Virus record (IMG/VR): IMGVR_UViG_3300027896_000013
DNA length: 64,000 bases
Direction: 5' to 3' (one strand)
Origin: a virus
The position numbers were made by a program, and so were the translations under genes. Numbering within the stretch: position 1 is the stretch's first letter; every line of letters begins with the position of its first letter. Shown one piece after another: positions 59,095 through 64,000 of this stretch. The notes beneath the pieces are model-generated. The model ran no database searches, was not told the origin of the DNA, and saw nothing but the letters and a program-made list of their open reading frames with translations.

Positions 59095-60267
59095 ATGAGC
59101 CAGCTTGATAAAAGAGTTCTAGAGGCACTATCGGAAATCGATAAGATTAATCCGTACGCTACATTCCTTAACGAGAGTACTATCTCAAATGTAGAAGAGT
59201 GGATCGACACAGGTTCAATGCCGTTGAACGCTATTATCAGCGGTTCATTATATGGTGGTATCCCACGTAATCGTGTTACATTGGTTGCTGGTGAGAGTAT
59301 GACGGGTAAAACGTTCTTCCTCTTGCAAATCCTTGCAAGAGCACAAAAACAAGGACTTATACCCGTCATATTCGATCCGGAATTTGCAATTGATAAGAAA
59401 TCTGCAGAGAATCTCGGACTAGATCCTGCCGGTGTCAAGTATGTTCCGAGCTACAGCATTGAAGAGACTCGTAATTCACTTTATAAGTTTCTTACTAAAG
59501 CAAAGGAGCTGGGTATTGAGAACAAGTTTATCGTTGCGATTGAGTTGGGTAACTTAGAGAATCAACTTCAAATCTCTCGAATGGAAGCTCCACTTAAGAG
59601 TGGAGAGTCTAACACTTCGATGGATATGGGAACTCGTGCACGTGCAATGGGATCTCTTCTTAAGACGTGTACAATTCTCTCAGGATACACTAAAACTACG
59701 TTCTTGCTTACTAATCACATTTATGATGACCCGTCAGCAACTTACGAGTCTATTATCAAGACTATGCCGGGTGGTAAGAAAGTTATCTATCTTCCAAGTG
59801 TTACGGTTCAGCTAGCACGTAAACCTGAAAAAGGTGATGAAGGTAAGACGATGGATGCGACACTGGCTGTTGGTCAACGTAATTACCCTGGTGTTATTCT
59901 TCGCGCTTTGACAGTTAAGAACCGGTTCATTCAGCAGTATATCCAAACTGAAATGTATCTAAGCTTTACAACTGGTCTAGATAAACACTACGGTCTATTG
60001 GATCTCGCTGTAGGTTTCGGTAGCGTTATCCAAGGTGGAGCGACATACTCTCTACCAGATGGTACTAAACTTGGATACTACTCTAAGTGGAGAAAAGACG
60101 AAGAGGTATGGGCTAAGATCCTACCTGACTTGGAACAGAAGATTAAAGTTGGCTGGGCTTATGGTAAGAAGAGTGATGTTGAAGAGGAGATGCCGGATGA
60201 AAGTGAATCTCTTCCAAGTAACGTTGGTAAGAAAGTCAAAGTCGAACTACCAGATGACGAAAAATAA
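59095..60267 (+). CDS. uvsX: RecA-like recombinase
   Basis: DTGS..LN..ISG, GESMTGKT, DMG.RA, TNH.Y, GG, KNRF. Confidence 0.92.
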   Translation: MSQLDKRVLEALSEIDKINPYATFLNESTISNVEEWIDTGSMPLNAIISGSLYGGIPRNRVTLVAGESMTGKTFFLLQILARAQKQGLIPVIFDPEFAIDKKSAENLGLDPAGVKYVPSYSIEETRNSLYKFLTKAKELGIENKFIVAIELGNLENQLQISRMEAPLKSGESNTSMDMGTRARAMGSLLKTCTILSGYTKTTFLLTNHIYDDPSATYESIIKTMPGGKKVIYLPSVTVQLARKPEKGDEGKTMDATLAVGQRNYPGVILRALTVKNRFIQQYIQTEMYLSFTTGLDKHYGLLDLAVGFGSVIQGGATYSLPDGTKLGYYSKWRKDEEVWAKILPDLEQKIKVGWAYGKKSDVEEEMPDESESLPSNVGKKVKVELPDDEK

Positions 60268-60270
60268 TTT

Positions 60271-60462
60271 ATGAGTAAACTAATACTGCAGATGAATGTA
60301 GTCGGTGAAGCCGACGGCAAAACGATCATTAAGTCACAGATACCTATTGAGACCTTGAGCAAGATGCTTCAGGCTCATGGTGAACCTGGCGTTAAGGATA
60401 CGTTGATGGAGATGTGGAGACGCATCGCTGATGATCTGAAAAAACCTTCACCTAAAGCTTGA
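60271..60462 (+). CDS. Small hypothetical protein
   Basis: 63-aa ORF 3 nt after uvsX. Confidence 0.6.
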   Translation: MSKLILQMNVVGEADGKTIIKSQIPIETLSKMLQAHGEPGVKDTLMEMWRRIADDLKKPSPKA

Positions 60463-60486
60463 TTTAATCAAGAGGTTTAATATCAT
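60459..60486 (+). promoter_or_regulatory. Sigma70-like promoter TTGATT-N16-TATCAT
   Basis: 6 nt before queC ATG. Confidence 0.75.
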
Positions 60487-60492
60487 TGAAAT

Positions 60493-61200
60493 ATGAGTAA
60501 ATGTGTTATTCCTTTTTCAGGTGGGATGGATTCTACCACGATACTGTATCATGCCATAAAAGAGCATGATACAGTATACGCTGTTTCTATTGCGTACGGT
60601 CAGCGACATCTACAACGCGAGATTACAGCTGCTAATAATATACTGAACGACCTTAATAAGGTTTGTAATTCAATCAGTTATAAAGTTCTTGATTTGTCAT
60701 TCTTTCGAGACGTAGCTAGTATATCATCTCTTACAAACAATAGCATTAATGTAGCTAAAGCGAAAGATGTTATGGGAGACCCGCAAACGGTTAACTATGT
60801 ACCCTTCCGTAATATGATGATGCTGAGTATCTGCTCAGCGTATGCTGAAACAGTTGGCGCAGAAGTTGTATATCACGGTGCAGCTCAAGCAGATAGCGTT
60901 GCTGGATTCTGGGATGGTAGCAAAGAGTTTATTGAAGCTATTAACAATGTAAACATGCTCAATAGACGACACAAGATTAGAATTGAAGCACCACTACTTG
61001 ATAAGAGTAAGGCTGATATCATTAAATGGGGAATGTCTATGGGTGTAGACTATTCTAAGACATGGACTTGTTACGAAGGAAAAGAGCAAGCTTGTGGAGT
61101 TTGTACAGCTTGCTCTTTGAGAATCGGTGGGTTTATGGCAGCCGGTATAAAGGACCCTGTCGAATATTCAGTTAAAATTCCTTGGCCTAACCAGAAGTAA
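60493..61200 (+). CDS. queC: 7-cyano-7-deazaguanine synthase
   Basis: SGGMDS, YGQRH, YVPFRN, TWTCY, CGVCTAC..R. Confidence 0.94.
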   Translation: MSKCVIPFSGGMDSTTILYHAIKEHDTVYAVSIAYGQRHLQREITAANNILNDLNKVCNSISYKVLDLSFFRDVASISSLTNNSINVAKAKDVMGDPQTVNYVPFRNMMMLSICSAYAETVGAEVVYHGAAQADSVAGFWDGSKEFIEAINNVNMLNRRHKIRIEAPLLDKSKADIIKWGMSMGVDYSKTWTCYEGKEQACGVCTACSLRIGGFMAAGIKDPVEYSVKIPWPNQK

Positions 61201-61876
61201 TCTGGTTAGGTTCACTTACTACCTCGGCATCGATAGGTTCTTCTGATTTCTTCCTTCTCTTAGATTTACCTTTACTCTTAGCTTTACCGGTAGCTGCTTC
61301 AGATTTATTTACAGCTGCTTCTGCTTCTGCTTTCAATGAGTTTAGATTCTGCTGCAGTACGTTAACATTAACAGTTTCTCCACGTTCAGCCTTTTTCTTT
61401 TGTGCAGCAGTTAAATTGCTTATAGATCTTTGTAACGATTTGATGGTCTTTTGTAAATCCTCAACCACTTTATTATTATCTATTGTGGTACCACCTATAT
61501 TACTAGCTTGTGGTCCTGCAGGTCCACCCTGATGTACACTACCTTGTTGACTTTGAACCGTTTCATAATCTTCAATAGCATTAAGAAAAATCTGTCCAAT
61601 ATCACCTGGTATCTCTTGAGAGTATTGAGTTTCACCTAAGATACGTTCAATAGTCTGACGTATGTTAGTTATCTGTTGTCTAGGATTGCGAGCTAGTTCA
61701 GATAGTGTTCGAGATGTAGAGGTATCAACTGTTTGTGATTGTTTAAAGAAATCTATAAGTTGCTGGCCTGTCGCACTTACATCCGCTGTTGGTTGAGGTT
61801 GTTGAGCAGGCGCTGCAGCTGCAGCAGCATTTGCTACAGCCTCTCTATAAATCGATCTTGCGTCAAATCTTAGCAT
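61187..61876 (-). CDS. Putative internal head protein
   Basis: IYREA N-terminus, low-complexity Ala/Gln, basic C-terminus. Confidence 0.5.
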   Translation of the reverse strand: MLRFDARSIYREAVANAAAAAAPAQQPQPTADVSATGQQLIDFFKQSQTVDTSTSRTLSELARNPRQQITNIRQTIERILGETQYSQEIPGDIGQIFLNAIEDYETVQSQQGSVHQGGPAGPQASNIGGTTIDNNKVVEDLQKTIKSLQRSISNLTAAQKKKAERGETVNVNVLQQNLNSLKAEAEAAVNKSEAATGKAKSKGKSKRRKKSEEPIDAEVVSEPNQITSG

Positions 61877-61879
61877 AAA

Positions 61880-62347
61880 TTAAGTTGGTTGCTGTGCAGG
61901 TACTGCAGCTGGTTGAGCTGGCTGAACAGCTTGAGTATTATCCACGGGTACCGCCTCAGGTTGAGGAGCTGGTTGAGCTGTTTGAGTGTTTATCCACGCT
62001 TCAAATTCATTATATACTTTAGATACCTCTTCAGGTGTATTCTTCAATAACCCAGTCAGCGTCGGGGATTGATCTGCTTTTAGACCAACATATTTTTCAA
62101 AATATGTTACTAGGTTACCTACAGTTACACGCTTATCTCTCTGGGTTCGTAACCACGCTCTAAAGCTATCATAAGCCTTATTAACGTTAGCCTTAAAATC
62201 TTTACTCTGCTGTCCACCTACTCTACCTGTGGATGTAGGTGAGAGTTTACTCTGTATAGCCGATCCCATTCTGCTAAAGATGCCAAATGGTTTACCTTCA
62301 GTTACAACTTCATATCGTTCCGCAAGTAATTTTAAATCATTATTCAT
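61880..62347 (-). CDS. Putative internal head protein
   Basis: MNNDLKLLAERY..V.E N-terminus. Confidence 0.55.
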   Translation of the reverse strand: MNNDLKLLAERYEVVTEGKPFGIFSRMGSAIQSKLSPTSTGRVGGQQSKDFKANVNKAYDSFRAWLRTQRDKRVTVGNLVTYFEKYVGLKADQSPTLTGLLKNTPEEVSKVYNEFEAWINTQTAQPAPQPEAVPVDNTQAVQPAQPAAVPAQQPT

Positions 62348-63335
62348 ATGAACCTCTTACATCCGTTTTACCACCCATCGTTTGTCTTTCAAGGTCGCTG
62401 AAGACATCATCATGGCGCTCATCTTCATCTGGTTTATCTAGAACAGGTATATGTCTCTCATCGTTCTCATCCTCACCACTATCCTCTGTAATAGCACCAA
62501 TAGCTAGTAAGTCCTTAACAGCTTTAGTAGCGGTATCCCAAGGCATTTCGAGCTTATTAATTAGATCAGCTCCTTTTATAGTAGCACCTTTACCAACATT
62601 GCTTATCATGCGATGACGAGCGATTTTTGCTTCCATCTTACGTTCACGGTTAGCTATTTTATTAAAAGCATTATCTGGTACTTCATCCTCAATATAATAG
62701 GTATTGCTGAGACTCCATTGAGCACCTCTAGTTATAGCAGATACTCTCGGGATAGCTATATCAGCTTCAGTTTCAACAGCCTTAGGAGCGACTTCAGGTG
62801 CTTTTATAACCTCACCAAGAGCATCTAGAATAGCGCTGTCATGCGACGCTCTCTTTATTTTAATAGTAGATGTTCTTACCCCGGCACTCTCTCTAGATTT
62901 AATCGGCAATACTCCAATAATATCATTCATTATAACACGCGCAGCATGGCCAGCCGCAGTATTAGCAGCACTTTGCGGTAAGTTACAAACGTCAACTATA
63001 ATTTTCTTAACCTCTTCCTTAAACTCCTCCGGGTCACCAGGGTAATATAAATCATATTGTCTACCACCTACGCTATGAGGTTCTGCAGTAAATACATTCT
63101 TCTTGACTCTATCAAGAATCTGAGTTACCATATCAACAAGATCTCTGCCAGTTTGTTGAGCAGTTTTACCTATTTGATATCCACGAGGAGCAGGTTGACC
63201 CTTCTCCATTGGCTGCTTTATAGTGTTTATTTTAGTAGCTGTTCCAGCTGGATCATAATCACCACTATAGACTGGTGACCATTCTTTTAATACAGAGTTG
63301 TATTTTTCTGATAGTATTTTATAATCAGTATTCAT
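62340..63335 (-). CDS. Putative internal head protein
   Basis: MNTDYKILSEKY..VLKE N-terminus; TAAATA upstream. Confidence 0.55.
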   Translation of the reverse strand: MNTDYKILSEKYNSVLKEWSPVYSGDYDPAGTATKINTIKQPMEKGQPAPRGYQIGKTAQQTGRDLVDMVTQILDRVKKNVFTAEPHSVGGRQYDLYYPGDPEEFKEEVKKIIVDVCNLPQSAANTAAGHAARVIMNDIIGVLPIKSRESAGVRTSTIKIKRASHDSAILDALGEVIKAPEVAPKAVETEADIAIPRVSAITRGAQWSLSNTYYIEDEVPDNAFNKIANRERKMEAKIARHRMISNVGKGATIKGADLINKLEMPWDTATKAVKDLLAIGAITEDSGEDENDERHIPVLDKPDEDERHDDVFSDLERQTMGGKTDVRGSYE

Positions 63336-63362
63336 TTGAGTAAAGCTTTGAAGTATTTATTC

Positions 63363-63390
63363 TTGATGTTTGTGTATTTGCACGTATAAT
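63363..63390 (+). promoter_or_regulatory. Sigma70-like promoter TTGATG-N16-TATAAT
   Basis: 7 nt before ATG 63398. Confidence 0.78.
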
Positions 63391-63397
63391 AACATGT

Positions 63398-63430
63398 ATG
63401 AACTTCAAACCATATAGAAAGGAAGGGTAA
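63398..63430 (+). CDS. Candidate 10-aa leader uORF (MNFKPYRKEG)
   Basis: ATG near the predicted +1, TAA at 63428-63430. Confidence 0.35.
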   Translation: MNFKPYRKEG

Positions 63431-63434
63431 ATCT

Positions 63435-64000
63435 ATTTGCGCTATATTTGCATCCCCAATGTTTTCCGAGTTTAAAGAGCTCTACAAGCTAAATCAGAGT
63501 AGAGGTAACGCAGCTCTTGGTGTCTTACTTCTGTCCAAGTCACCACAATGTGTAGGCTATGTAACGTTAAAATTCGAAGGAGTTGTCGACCTCGACAAAG
63601 AGCTCGCTGAATATAAGTTAGATGACATATATTATTTTGTCGGTCATACACAAGCACCAACATCCGCAGCCCAATCATTTAATCATAGAACTTCTCACCC
63701 GTTTACATACGGATCCTGGATTGTTGCACATAATGGTATATTGACAAATTTTGACAAGCTGAAACAAGATGTACCTGTGGGTAGGTATAATATTGTTGAT
63801 AGCTCTATAATACCAGCCATGCTGCATCAACGCTGCACCAAATCAGATGATATAACGTCAGTTACGCAAGTCTTAGGTGAGTTAGAAGGTACACATGCAA
63901 CATGGATATACAATATACAAACACAGAGGTTGTATATCTCGAGGTGTGGTAGTGTACTCTACGCAAATCAAGATAAGTGTGTATTCTCATCTGTACCAAC
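63435..64000 (+). CDS. Class II (Ntn) glutamine amidotransferase, partial, apparently ATT-initiated; absent from the ORF track
   Basis: Frame reads (I/M)CAIFASP..NQSRG..GHTQAPT..HPF..AHNGILTNF..VDS, running off the window end. Confidence 0.8.
   Translation, partial: MCAIFASPMFSEFKELYKLNQSRGNAALGVLLLSKSPQCVGYVTLKFEGVVDLDKELAEYKLDDIYYFVGHTQAPTSAAQSFNHRTSHPFTYGSWIVAHNGILTNFDKLKQDVPVGRYNIVDSSIIPAMLHQRCTKSDDITSVTQVLGELEGTHATWIYNIQTQRLYISRCGSVLYANQDKCVFSSVP

Noticed and set aside
1-64000. Stop-codon reassignment
   Set aside because: Core genes are full length under the standard code and use TAA, TAG and TGA as stops

Overview
64-kb AT-rich segment of a large T4-like myophage genome (distant relative of T4, standard genetic code; no tRNA, rRNA, CRISPR or IS elements seen). 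It contains the head module (gp23, gp22, gp21, gp4, gp13, gp20), gp15, a gp5-like baseplate hub, tail-fibre and Pro/Thr-linker appendage genes, and replication/recombination genes (gp43, gp46/47, gp55, gp62, UvsX/Y/W, a DinG-like helicase, class II RNR). Accessory content: (i) a 7-deazaguanine DNA-modification pathway (FolE, QueE, QueC, QueF, a divergent TGT/DpdA-like protein, a formyltransferase, a DUF1599-like protein, two P-loop kinases, a class II glutamine amidotransferase); (ii) an enzyme island among the fibre genes (GT32-like, two radical SAM enzymes, a putative ABBA/PT-barrel prenyltransferase-fold protein, a PIG-L deacetylase, GT31-like), four of whose genes have late-promoter boxes; (iii) a second glycosyltransferase/FkbM/DUF366 operon; (iv) about ten small late proteins with T4-like capsid-targeting N-termini. 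Read directly from the DNA: at least 12 sigma70-like promoters have a fixed 16-bp spacer and a -10 box 6-7 nt before the start codon, and about 20 TAA(A/G)TA late boxes lie 5-10 nt before starts, implying largely leaderless mRNAs. One such promoter points at no ORF (candidate ncRNA or origin), and the amidotransferase appears to start at ATT. All protein assignments come from motif recognition by eye; no database searches were run.
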